A stretch of DNA of 64,000 bases from Candidatus Woesearchaeota archaeon (lineage in GTDB: Archaea > Nanobdellota > Nanobdellia > Pacearchaeales > GW2011-AR1): assembly GCA_964403535.1 (NCBI GenBank), contig CAYOFN010000001.1, positions 2,003 through 66,002 on the forward strand. Reading direction: 5' to 3'. Position 1 is the stretch's first letter. Every line of letters begins with the position of its first letter. A program made the position numbers and the translations under genes. Shown here in pieces: positions 1 through 9,220 of this stretch. Below the pieces are notes generated by a model. That model saw nothing but the letters and a program-made list of their open reading frames with translations. It did no database searches and was not told where the DNA came from.

Positions 1-2203
1 TTCCAACACCTCTGTCTACTGAACCTTTATTAAGAATAAGTGCATCTTCCATATTATATCCTTCATGAGTCATCACAGCCACAATTACATTCTGTCCTGC
101 AGGATGAACATTAAGTGTATCATAAACAACACTTCTTACAATTGGTTTTTGAGGATAATGAAGAATGCTTACATCTGTATCTAACCTACATAGAAAATTA
201 GCAGCATATAGCCCCAGAGCCTGTTTCTGTGTCTTGCTTCCTCTTATAAGTCTACTTCCCTGGTCGTGATTTACATACGGAATAAGAGAGGTAACTAATC
301 CAAATATATCAAGTGAATCAATCTCAAGATGAGTATGTTCAGGAGTTAAATCTTTTTTATCTAGAGCAACTAATGAATTTTCTTCTTCAGCAGCATCTAG
401 ATACTCAATCACTCCCTGATCTACTAAACCATTCCATGAAATTGAATTTTCTTTAAGTGCCTGAATATGCTCTTGTTTTAGTCTGTCTTCTCCATTATCT
501 ACAATTATCAGTGGTCTAAGAACTCTTCCAACTTCAGTTGAAAGCCAGATAATATCAAGTGAGGGGTCATATCTTACACTTAATTGTACAGGAAGACGAG
601 ATTTTCTTCTATGCTCTCTTATTACTCTTATGAACTCAAAGGCATTCTCTATCTGCCCTATAAGCCTTCCATTGTAGAATATGTCTTTTCCCTTTACTTC
701 TTTCTCTGTTTTCATTCCAGATTCTTTAAGTATCCTTTGTAATTCCTCTTCATCAAAAAAAACAGCAGTTGATATCTTTGAGAGTATTGCAAGGTTTTTT
801 CTTAATCCAATCTCAGTTCCTTCAGGAGTTTCAATCGGACAGAATCTTCCATAGTGTGTAGGATGAAGTGTTCTTGCCAGAAAATTCTCCTGTTCTCCAG
901 GCAACATGCTTGAAACTCTCTGTAATTGTGAGAGTATTGCAAGATAATTAGTCTTATCCATATTCTGAGTTACTCCTGTTCTCTCACCAATCCAGTTACC
1001 AGTAGCAATTGCTGACTCAACTCTGTGAGTAAACAAAGTTGATTTTGCTATAGTCTTGATAGAATAAAATTTTTTTCTTTTCTGAATTTTTTGAAGAGAG
1101 TGTTGTATGTCCCTTAATAAAATATTTAGATTCACCCTAAACAAATCTGAGAGTAAATCTCCACTTAATCTGACTCTTTTATTTGCATAGTGGTCTTTAT
1201 CTGTTAAACTTAGAGGGTTCTCCTTTGCAACAATAAACTGTTTTATAAACTTACATAAAGTAACTGCCTTTTCAAGCCTGGAATTTTTGTCAAGTCCAAT
1301 ATGAGGAAGAAGGTAAGAATCAATTCTTTGTTTTATTCTGTCTAAAATCTCCTTTTTTGTTCCCTGAAGAGCAGTTTTCTCAGCAATCCAGAGCATTGCT
1401 TCTTCAGGAGTTTTTATAGAAGCAAATTCATATAAATTTACAATTAATAAATCAGTCTCTTTTCCAACATACTGGGCAATATCAGACTCTTTACTCATTC
1501 CCATGGCTTTTAGCATAACTACTGCAGGAATATTCTTGAATCTTGAAAAAGAAACATCAATTAATCCCTCATTTGTATCATTTATTGAAATAGGTATTCT
1601 ATAACTCCCTCTTTGTGAGAAGAGCCTCAGCATAAGTTTTCCTTTTGATCTTTCTATAAACGGCTGATTTGCAGCTAAGTCCTCAGTCATCACCATAACT
1701 CTCTCATTACCATTAATAATAAAGTACCCTCCCTGGTCAAGAGGATCCACATAATGCTTAATCAACTCCTCTTTTGTCATTCCGCAAATATTACATGCCT
1801 GGCTTTTTACCATTACCGGTATCCTTCCTATTTCCACTTCCTGGCTTTCAACCTGATTATTTTGCTTTATGCTTATTTCAAGAAAAATAGGAGAAGAATA
1901 TGTAAGATTCCTGATTCTTGCTTCAGCAGGAGTTATCTTATTCTGGCTTCCATCTGCTTCTATAATCACTGGTTTCTCTACTCTTATTTTTCCAAGAGAA
2001 ATTTCAATCTCCTCTTTTGGCAGGTTTTTATTTAAATCATTTACAATTTCCTGCATTCTTTTTTCAATGAAATTGTTAAATGAAGTGAGATTGCTTTCAA
2101 CAAGGCTATGCTGTTCCAAATACTTCTTTAAAAGAATATGTTTCTCTTTCTCTGGACTATTCTTTTCTTCCTTTTTCTCTTGCAGTTTATTCTCTTGTTC
2201 CAT
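1..2203 (-). CDS. rpoB: DNA-directed RNA polymerase subunit B (fused B''/B'), runs off the left edge
   Basis: Not in the ORF track. Manual translation from ATG 2203 gives MEQENKLQ...HSLVESNLTSFNNFIE, later RTLHPTHYGRFCPIETPEGTEIGLRKNL and GVIEYLDAAEEEN. Lies directly downstream of rpoH. Confidence 0.97.
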   Translation of the reverse strand, partial: MEQENKLQEKKEEKNSPEKEKHILLKKYLEQHSLVESNLTSFNNFIEKRMQEIVNDLNKNLPKEEIEISLGKIRVEKPVIIEADGSQNKITPAEARIRNLTYSSPIFLEISIKQNNQVESQEVEIGRIPVMVKSQACNICGMTKEELIKHYVDPLDQGGYFIINGNERVMVMTEDLAANQPFIERSKGKLMLRLFSQRGSYRIPISINDTNEGLIDVSFSRFKNIPAVVMLKAMGMSKESDIAQYVGKETDLLIVNLYEFASIKTPEEAMLWIAEKTALQGTKKEILDRIKQRIDSYLLPHIGLDKNSRLEKAVTLCKFIKQFIVAKENPLSLTDKDHYANKRVRLSGDLLSDLFRVNLNILLRDIQHSLQKIQKRKKFYSIKTIAKSTLFTHRVESAIATGNWIGERTGVTQNMDKTNYLAILSQLQRVSSMLPGEQENFLARTLHPTHYGRFCPIETPEGTEIGLRKNLAILSKISTAVFFDEEELQRILKESGMKTEKEVKGKDIFYNGRLIGQIENAFEFIRVIREHRRKSRLPVQLSVRYDPSLDIIWLSTEVGRVLRPLIIVDNGEDRLKQEHIQALKENSISWNGLVDQGVIEYLDAAEEENSLVALDKKDLTPEHTHLEIDSLDIFGLVTSLIPYVNHDQGSRLIRGSKTQKQALGLYAANFLCRLDTDVSILHYPQKPIVRSVVYDTLNVHPAGQNVIVAVMTHEGYNMEDALILNKGSVDRGVG

Positions 2204-2218
2204 ACTTCTCTCTTAACT

Positions 2219-2425
2219 TTAAATAACAACTCTATAAAATTCAACAACCTCTTTGTCATTTCTTCTCTCAATCTTAATCACATCACCTTCGTTGCATCCT
2301 TCAGGAAGCGCAGGGTCTGTAAACTTTATTTTAGGCAGTTGAAGTAACGAAATATTAAATTTATTAAGAAGGCTCTCAACCTCTTGAGATTTCATTTTTG
2401 TGTGTTTTGGTTGAAGGGCGTGCAT
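2219..2425 (-). CDS. rpoH: RNA polymerase subunit H/Rpo5
   Basis: HxLQPKH...QLPKIKFTDP...GDVIKIER...YRVV signature, upstream of rpoB. Confidence 0.97.
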   Translation of the reverse strand: MHALQPKHTKMKSQEVESLLNKFNISLLQLPKIKFTDPALPEGCNEGDVIKIERRNDKEVVEFYRVVI

Positions 2426-2532
2426 TTTTTAGTATATTGAAATTTTATATGGATTTGTCTAAAAATCACAAAATTACCATTACTACTTTATAATAAAAAA
2501 ATAACTAAAAGTAGGTTTTTAAATCTATCTAT

Positions 2533-3396
2533 CTATTTCTTCCTAAATCTCCCTCTGCCCTTAAAGACAATCTCTGTATGAGGATAAGCAATCTCAACAT
2601 CTTTTTCTTTTTTTATCCGGTCATAAACCTCTTTTGTGATATTACTAGTAACCTCCTGCATACTCCTCACAGGTGCAAAAAATCTTACTTTAACTCTCAT
2701 TGAACTTGCTTCCATGTTCACTCTTACACTTGGCTCTTTATTAGTTTCTTTTAAGTGTTCTTTTATAAATTTAAGAGAAGATTCTTTAATTATCTTTATA
2801 GCTTTATCAAGATTACTTTCATAGGTTATATCTACAACAACTTCTCCAAGAATATAATCATTAGTAAGTGTGTAATTTATTATATTATGCTCAAAAAGAA
2901 GATGATTTGGAATCATTATATTTTTTCCAGACATCTGATCACTATTAACCTGTCCACCAACTTCATCAATGTAAATATGAGTAAGAGTTATATCATAAAC
3001 CTCTCCACCAACATTCCCAATCATAATTCTGTCACCAATTCTAAAAGGCCTTTTTAATACAACCATAATCCAAGCTGCAATGCCGGTTATTGGTTTTTGT
3101 AAAGCAAATCCTAATCCTGCAGTGAATAATCCTGCAAATATTCCAAGTCCTGCCCACGAACCAATATATGAAAAAAAAGCAATCATTACAACGAGAATCA
3201 CAAAAATAATATAAATGATTCTTGTAAAAACTTTAATATTTGATATTTGGCTTTTTGTCCTCGCTTTTTTGAGAAGATACCTTTTTATAAATCCAAGTAT
3301 AAAATTAAATATCCCTATCACCAGGAGAACAAATACAATTGATAAAACCAGAGGGAGATTGCTTTTTATTAACTCAACACCATTTGAAAAAACCAT
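2533..3396 (-). CDS. mscS: Small-conductance mechanosensitive channel
   Basis: 3 TM helices, GLGFALQ, RPFRIGDRI, IPN, IAYP motifs. Confidence 0.93.
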   Translation of the reverse strand: MVFSNGVELIKSNLPLVLSIVFVLLVIGIFNFILGFIKRYLLKKARTKSQISNIKVFTRIIYIIFVILVVMIAFFSYIGSWAGLGIFAGLFTAGLGFALQKPITGIAAWIMVVLKRPFRIGDRIMIGNVGGEVYDITLTHIYIDEVGGQVNSDQMSGKNIMIPNHLLFEHNIINYTLTNDYILGEVVVDITYESNLDKAIKIIKESSLKFIKEHLKETNKEPSVRVNMEASSMRVKVRFFAPVRSMQEVTSNITKEVYDRIKKEKDVEIAYPHTEIVFKGRGRFRKK

Positions 3397-3443
3397 AAAG
3401 AGAAAAAGTAATTTTTATTTAAAAACCTTTGTTTCTATAAAAA

Positions 3444-3579
3444 TGGCTCCGGAGGGATTTGAACCCTCGACACCTGGCTTACTTCTAAAAGCAGTTTGTT
3501 TTTTTGTCTTTTTGAAGGACTGAAAAACTTGCTTTTTCAGTAAAAGGCCAGTGCTCTAACCGGGCTGAGCTACGGAACC
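3444..3579 (-). tRNA. tRNA-Lys(UUU) with a 61-nt intron at 37/38 (3480..3540)
   Basis: GGTTCCG/CGGAGCC acceptor stem, CTGGC-CT-TTT-A[intron]A-GCCAG anticodon arm, GAGGG-TTCAAAT-CCCTC T-arm, bulge-helix-bulge-like junction, no encoded CCA. Confidence 0.95.
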
Positions 3580-3720
3580 TTAGCCCAAAAAAGAACTTTA
3601 CATTTTTAAATATATCGAGAACTACATTAAGAGAGGTATAGACAAATTTCCTTTAATTAATCAGGAAAATTATTTATGAGTCTACTTTAAGCATCGCTCT
3701 CTCAATTCCAAATCAAAGGA

Positions 3721-4029
3721 CTACTTAAACTTAGAAATCTTTTCATAAAGAACTTCTTCAGCAACTTGTCCTACAATCCTCTCTACTTCTTTTCCATCTT
3801 TGAAAATAACTATACACGGAATGGACATTATGCTGTACTTTTCAGCTAATTCAGGGTCATCATCAATATTAATCTTACCAAAGTTTATTTCAGAAAATTT
3901 CTCAGCCATCTCATCAAAAACAGGAGCCATCATCAAACAAGGCATGCACCACTCTGCAAAAAAGTCAATTACAGCAGTTCCACTCTTAATAAACTCTTCA
4001 AACTCTCCATTAGTGAGTTCTTTTACCAT
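3721..4029 (-). CDS. trxA: Thioredoxin
   Basis: DFFAEWCMPC active site, SIP cis-Pro motif. Confidence 0.95.
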   Translation of the reverse strand: MVKELTNGEFEEFIKSGTAVIDFFAEWCMPCLMMAPVFDEMAEKFSEINFGKINIDDDPELAEKYSIMSIPCIVIFKDGKEVERIVGQVAEEVLYEKISKFK

Positions 4030-4193
4030 TGTAAAATGGAAAATTTTTTGCTTAATAAACCTTTTGATTAAGGGGGTTTTGGTTAACTGGACTTGCCCAT
4101 CTCCCTCAAATAGTAAAAATATTCAAAACTAAAAGTGCTCAAGATTTATCCCTAATAACCAATTCACTAGAGGGTTTTCAATTAATTCTCGTT

Positions 4194-4625
4194 CTACTTA
4201 ACGCCACTAGAAGTAAATCTCCCCTCTCCTCTCTCTGTATCACTCAACTCTTCAGATTCCTCAATTACTGCTTCTGAAACAGGCTGAATAACCAATTGTG
4301 CAATCCGATCTCCTTTCTCAATCTTAAAATTATCTTCAGATAAATTCTTTAAAACAATCATCAATTCTCCTCTATAATTTGAGTCTAATACTCCTGCCAT
4401 TGTATGTATCCCGTGTTTTGCAGCCATTCCTCCTCTGTCCCAAACCAATCCAACCTGTCCCTCAGGCAATTCAATAGCAATCCCACTTTTTACAACTCTT
4501 TTCTCCCCTGCTTTTAAGACAAGAGTCTCAGCAGAACGTATATCAAGTGCAGCATCTCCCTCTCTTGAGTACTTAGGAAGTTCAATCTCCTTATCAATTC
4601 TTTTTATTTTTATGTTTATTTTCAT
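4194..4625 (-). CDS. dut: Trimeric dUTP diphosphatase
   Basis: AALDI, GVLDSNYRGE, GDRIAQLV, RGEGRFTSSG motifs. Confidence 0.96.
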   Translation of the reverse strand: MKINIKIKRIDKEIELPKYSREGDAALDIRSAETLVLKAGEKRVVKSGIAIELPEGQVGLVWDRGGMAAKHGIHTMAGVLDSNYRGELMIVLKNLSEDNFKIEKGDRIAQLVIQPVSEAVIEESEELSDTERGEGRFTSSGVK

Positions 4626-5392
4626 TATCTTATTTCACATCTGGGAAAATAGGTTTTTATTACTTTCTGAAATCTCTCTAAAACTTCTTTAGGGGTCTGG
4701 TGCATTTCAAAAGGCAGATTTTCTTTATTAAACTTACTCGAGAGTATCTCTCCTCCCTCTCTTGAAACAAATCCCTGTATTATCCATAAACTTTTCTTAT
4801 TTTCACAAATATCAAAAACCCACTTTGCCATTTCTTCAATCTCTTCATTAAACATCCATCTTGCTTTTTTTCCATCAATAACAGGAACAACTGTTGTCCT
4901 AAACTCATACTTTTCAGAGTCTAGTTTGCTTAGAAGTTCGATACTCTCTTCAAGTTTTTTCAAATCAATACTTACTCCTGTGACTTCTTCATACAAAGAA
5001 GGAGAAGTTTTAATGTCCATAGCAACATAATCCACAAGGTTTTCCTCAACAATTTTCTTAAGCATTTGAGGATTAGAACCATTTGTATCAACTTTTACAC
5101 TTAATCCCATTTGTTTTAATTTTTTAAGAAGAATTGGAAGATCCTTCTGAAGTGTAGGCTCTCCCCCAGTAACACAAACCCCATTATACCATCCAGAATT
5201 AACTTTTCTTTTTATCTCCTTAAATTTTTCTTCTATGTCCTCATTTTTCCCAGGTTCATTTGTTTTTACTAATTCAGGATTATGACAAAAACCGCATCTA
5301 AAATTACATCCAGAAACAAAAATCACCGGCCCAAACTTTTTTCTATAATCAATACTGCTTTCAGAAATTATTTGTTTAATAATCATAATCAT
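4625..5392 (-). CDS. nrdG: Anaerobic ribonucleotide reductase activating enzyme (radical SAM)
   Basis: GCNFRCGFCHNP, TGGEPTLQ, DTNGS; overlaps the end of nrdD. Confidence 0.93.
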   Translation of the reverse strand: MIMIIKQIISESSIDYRKKFGPVIFVSGCNFRCGFCHNPELVKTNEPGKNEDIEEKFKEIKRKVNSGWYNGVCVTGGEPTLQKDLPILLKKLKQMGLSVKVDTNGSNPQMLKKIVEENLVDYVAMDIKTSPSLYEEVTGVSIDLKKLEESIELLSKLDSEKYEFRTTVVPVIDGKKARWMFNEEIEEMAKWVFDICENKKSLWIIQGFVSREGGEILSSKFNKENLPFEMHQTPKEVLERFQKVIKTYFPRCEIR

Positions 5393-8300
5393 CCAGTCTG
5401 TTTTTAATTTCTATTTCTATTTCCTGAGGAGTAATCATCTCATCTTTTCCTGAAAGACTCTTAACTCCACAAACCCCTGCACTGCAATTAGAACTATAAA
5501 TCGTAGTTTTTCTCCAGTAACCCCTCTTGCCTGCAATTACTAAACTTGGAACACTATCAAGGGGCACACCATAAAAAGCAGCTTCAGCAAGGGCTTTTTC
5601 ATCTTTTGAATCAAGGTAATCTATTTTAAAATCAATCTTCATACTCAGATTTAAATCCTTTATCTTTCTCTCTATTTGTTCTTTTAAAATCTTGCAATTA
5701 GGACAGTCCTTTTTTCCAAATTCAATTAATATTAAACTCCCATTACCATTAGGATTATGCAACCAAGAAAGGTCTTTTCCAGCATAAAAATCCTCAGTCT
5801 TTTTTCTGTCTTCATAAATTCTTTTTTGAGAATTATTCCAGTGGGAGATTCTACTGTAATACCCTACAACTCTTGTAACATAAAACAAGGTATTTTTATC
5901 AAGAGTCTTTGGAGAACTATTTAAGCAATTTGGAGTAGTGCATAACTCCTTCTCTCCAGCCATAACCCCCCCACAAGCTTCACATTCAGTATAAGTAGGA
6001 GAAAAAACAAGCTGAGAACAAAGAGTATTCTCAAAAGTTTGTTTAATAAGATGTTTTATAGACTCTTTATCAGGTCTTTTCTCTCCAAGATATGCGTGGA
6101 TTATTGCTCCAGATTCAATCATCTCATGGAATTTGCTCTGTCCAATAATCCTATCAACAATTCCAACATTAGCATCAGGAGCAAAATGTATAGAGTTAGT
6201 GTAGTATGGGTCTTTTTCACTTCCTTTGATGACTTCTCTTGCTTTTTCAAAATATTTCCAGTCAACTTTAGCTAATCTTCTTGTTGCAGATTCTGCAGGA
6301 GTTTCTTCAATTGTAAATTTTAATCCAGTTCTCTCTTTAAATTCTTTAATTTTAATATACATATGAGCAATAATTTCAAGTCCAAGTTTGTATGCATCTT
6401 CACCTTCATGCAATTGCCTTCCACATAATGCCTGAACAGCTTCATTTAATCCAATACATCCGATAATATATGTTGCCTTTTTCAAGTCAATATAAGGTGT
6501 CCCATCATCACTTGGTTTTCCTAAATTTCTCATAGGCGAGCCATCTGTCTCTAATAGCTGAGTCATAAATTCAGCTTTTTGTTTATGTGCTTTTAATGCA
6601 AGCTCCATTGATTCATCAATCTCTCTAAATATACCCTCTTTTGTCTTTCCTTTATAACTTGCCTGAGCAAGATTAATAGTGACATTTTGAAACCCGCAGA
6701 ATCTTAACTTCTCAGGATATTTTAACATGGTTATATCTGTGATCTTTTCTTTTAATCTGCAACACTGAGCAAGAACAGCGTCATCTCCCCTGTCAAACAT
6801 GAAATACACTGATCCATTTTCAGATGCAACTTTAGAAGCAAAATCAAAAAGCTCAAATTGAACAGGATCCTTAAAAGTATTCTTGTCTATATGTAAATCG
6901 CATTTTGGAAAATGAAATGGTCTTCCATGTTTGTCTCCTCTTCTCCATATCTCAAGAAGGCTCTTTGCAAATTTCTGTGCAGTTCTTTCCAAGTCTCCAT
7001 AGGTTATTATTTTTCCCTTATCTAATTTAGAACTGTCTGCATCTCCATTTCTAGAGTCTTCTTTATCTTTTTCATTAAAAAATCTTGGAACCTCATGAAC
7101 TAATTCAACACTCTCATCAGGCATTTTAATCATATACATTCCTTTAGGCCCTATTGCAGGAACATTTTTCATATAATCTGGAACTCCAACATGAACATTA
7201 AAATCAATAAAAAGAGTCTGTCCTCCTCTTGAAAATGCATTTTGAGAAGCAGCAAATATTAAATTTTGGGCAACTTGTTCCATTTCTTTTTCTGAAACCT
7301 CTTTTAATTTCTTTTTTTTGTAAAGAACCTTAACTTCTTCAGGATTTATTGTTCCTTGTTCTACTAACTTCATAAAATCATTTTTTTCAAATTCATAATT
7401 TTTTCCATTCATACTTACTCCTATAGTATCCACAGGACGGTTTAATAGGGAGGAATAAAAGATGTTCAAAAAACCAAACCCCAGTGCACCTGCATAATGC
7501 GCTTGTAAAGAAGCTAAAAAAGTTTGTACATGCTGGCTTAGAACATGCGCTGAGTTTGGAGGATTGGATTTTGATTCAAGATTAGTTAGAACCTGATTTA
7601 ATCCGTATTTTTTAATATACTCAAGAGAGTGAGAAGAACAATAAACTCTTGCAGGATAACCTAAATCATGTATATGTATGGCTCCTTTAAGATGTGCCTC
7701 TGCAACATCAGAACTAAAAATATTTTCAAGAGCAAACTGTTTTTGGAGTCTTTCTGCAATCTCAAGATTTAATGCTTCAGGATTATTACTCGAAACATTA
7801 CTATTCTCAAGACTTTTGCTAAATAAGATCTTAGTAAAATCAGAAGTAGGAATTGCAAGTAAAGCTTGCTTTTTTCTCTGCATTTCCAATCCTTCTTGTT
7901 TTAGTATTAAGTCTACAATCCCACGAATGTCAGTAGTAGAGAATTTTCTTATCCCTCTCTGATACATATCTACAACAATATTCTCCACCATTTTAGATAC
8001 ATCTTTTGCAAGTTCAGGAGAGAGGTCTGCTTCTTCCTGAAGCTGTTCAACAATCTTTTCTCTTTTCCATGTGCCAATTATTTCTTTTGAGTCAGACTCG
8101 ATTAAAAGTGCAGTATCAGTAGAGTCTCCTCCTTCTTGTTTTGTTGCAATTGCTAGAACTTTCCTTGCTTCACCCCTCTTATTTTTATAATGAGTGTATG
8201 CTCTGGAGACATTCTTATATCCAAGCTCATTAGATGAATGAAGAATTGCTCTTTCAACCTCATTAATCTTTAGAACTCGTTTTCCAAACTCTCCATTAAT

Positions 8301-8450
8301 CTGATTCATAACTTTTTCAAAAATTTCTTCAGTAATTTTTTCATAACCTTCTGGGTTTGAAGAACTTGAAGCTTTCAAAATAGCTTTTTTAATTCTTCCA
8401 GAATCAAACCTATCAATCTTCCCACCTCTTTTTTCAATAAATCTTTGCAT
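5376..8450 (-). CDS. nrdD: Class III (anaerobic) ribonucleoside-triphosphate reductase with N-terminal ATP-cone(s) and a fused C-terminal CxxC redoxin-like domain
   Basis: IEKRGG..FD..RI ATP-cone, HLKGAIHIHDL, AQCCRL, EETPAES, YYTNS, CxxC..CxxxxC metal site, TRVVGYY glycyl-radical loop, then DCPNC domain. Confidence 0.96.
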   Translation of the reverse strand: MQRFIEKRGGKIDRFDSGRIKKAILKASSSSNPEGYEKITEEIFEKVMNQINGEFGKRVLKINEVERAILHSSNELGYKNVSRAYTHYKNKRGEARKVLAIATKQEGGDSTDTALLIESDSKEIIGTWKREKIVEQLQEEADLSPELAKDVSKMVENIVVDMYQRGIRKFSTTDIRGIVDLILKQEGLEMQRKKQALLAIPTSDFTKILFSKSLENSNVSSNNPEALNLEIAERLQKQFALENIFSSDVAEAHLKGAIHIHDLGYPARVYCSSHSLEYIKKYGLNQVLTNLESKSNPPNSAHVLSQHVQTFLASLQAHYAGALGFGFLNIFYSSLLNRPVDTIGVSMNGKNYEFEKNDFMKLVEQGTINPEEVKVLYKKKKLKEVSEKEMEQVAQNLIFAASQNAFSRGGQTLFIDFNVHVGVPDYMKNVPAIGPKGMYMIKMPDESVELVHEVPRFFNEKDKEDSRNGDADSSKLDKGKIITYGDLERTAQKFAKSLLEIWRRGDKHGRPFHFPKCDLHIDKNTFKDPVQFELFDFASKVASENGSVYFMFDRGDDAVLAQCCRLKEKITDITMLKYPEKLRFCGFQNVTINLAQASYKGKTKEGIFREIDESMELALKAHKQKAEFMTQLLETDGSPMRNLGKPSDDGTPYIDLKKATYIIGCIGLNEAVQALCGRQLHEGEDAYKLGLEIIAHMYIKIKEFKERTGLKFTIEETPAESATRRLAKVDWKYFEKAREVIKGSEKDPYYTNSIHFAPDANVGIVDRIIGQSKFHEMIESGAIIHAYLGEKRPDKESIKHLIKQTFENTLCSQLVFSPTYTECEACGGVMAGEKELCTTPNCLNSSPKTLDKNTLFYVTRVVGYYSRISHWNNSQKRIYEDRKKTEDFYAGKDLSWLHNPNGNGSLILIEFGKKDCPNCKILKEQIERKIKDLNLSMKIDFKIDYLDSKDEKALAEAAFYGVPLDSVPSLVIAGKRGYWRKTTIYSSNCSAGVCGVKSLSGKDEMITPQEIEIEIKNRLDDYDY

Positions 8451-8451
8451 T

Positions 8452-8889
8452 TTATAGTATCTCCTTTATTTCTTTTTTAAAGTCTGTTAAATCTTTAAAA
8501 TCCCGGTATACTGAAGCAAACCTTATGTATGCTACCTGGTCAAGTTTTTTAAGCTTTTTTATTACCAACTCCCCAATTAAGCTACTTCTTACTTCATGTC
8601 CGTATTGTCTTAATCTTTCTTCTATATTATTTACTATCCACTCAATCTTCTCCTTTGAAACTGGCCTCTTTTCACAGGATTTATCTATACCTTGTTTTAA
8701 TTTTTCTCTTGAAAAAGGTTCTCTTCTCCCATCTTTTTTTATTACAAAAATTTCCAGAGGCTCTAATCTTTCATAAGTTGTAAATCTTTTCCCACATTTC
8801 AAACACTCTCTTCTTCTTCTTGTCTCATTCTTTGTATCTCTTTTGTCAGTAACCTTTGTATCTTCATTCGAACAGTATGGGCAGAGCAT
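8452..8889 (-). CDS. nrdR: Transcriptional repressor NrdR (Zn ribbon plus ATP-cone)
   Basis: MLCPYC...RRRRECLKCGKRFTTYE, VIKKDGRREPF, DQVAYIRFASVYRDF. Confidence 0.97.
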   Translation of the reverse strand: MLCPYCSNEDTKVTDKRDTKNETRRRRECLKCGKRFTTYERLEPLEIFVIKKDGRREPFSREKLKQGIDKSCEKRPVSKEKIEWIVNNIEERLRQYGHEVRSSLIGELVIKKLKKLDQVAYIRFASVYRDFKDLTDFKKEIKEIL

Positions 8890-9041
8890 TTTTGTTTTAG
8901 TCTTTTCCTCTTTTATTTCTTTGCTTGTTTATTTGCTATGATTTGAAACGAAAGTGCGAACCAGAGCATTTTTGTTTTAGTCTTTTCCTCTTTTATTTCT
9001 TTGCTTGTTTATTTGCTATGATTTGAAACGAAAGTGCGAAC
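8882..9041. repeat. Exact tandem duplication of an 80-bp unit (8882..8961, 8962..9041) covering the nrdR leader and start codon
   Basis: cagagcatttttgttttag...gaaagtgcgaac appears twice, head to tail. Confidence 0.95.
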
Positions 9042-9069
9042 AAGCCTCTCTTTTGTTATTTTTAAGTTA

Positions 9070-9116
9070 CTACAAGATATGGTAGGTAATCACTCTTAAA
9101 CCACAACATCTTGTAG
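9070..9116. promoter_or_regulatory. Two tandem NrdR boxes (9070..9085 and 9101..9116)
   Basis: ctaCAAgATaTGGtag and ccaCAAcATcTTGtag match acaCwAtATaTwGtgt and start 31 bp apart; a minus-strand TTTAAAAA TATA-like box lies at about 9143..9150. Confidence 0.85.
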
Positions 9117-9220
9117 GTTGTAAGAGAATCAAATCAAATCTCTTTTTAAACTTTTCTATGCTCTAGAATACATCTTTAAAAAACAATAAGGTTTTAAAAC
9201 AATCTTTCCTTTTTTTTAGT

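Noticed and set aside
1754..2347. Plus-strand ORFs over rpoB/rpoH and the many similar antisense ORFs in the track (for example 11160, 13936, 25910, 28911, 46735, 53199)
   Set aside because: Shadow frames of well-supported genes on the opposite strand, with Ser/Phe/Ile-rich composition and no motifs.
3215..3523. 102-aa plus-strand ORF
   Set aside because: Antisense to mscS and to the tRNA-Lys gene; the MAPEGFEPST segment is just the translated tRNA.
5376..8450. Intein in nrdD (or rpoB) to explain the length
   Set aside because: No C/S...HN-C/S/T splice junctions or LAGLIDADG motifs seen; ATP-cones, small inserts and the redoxin domain account for the size.
8882..9041. CRISPR array
   Set aside because: Only two contiguous 80-bp copies, no spacers and no cas genes.
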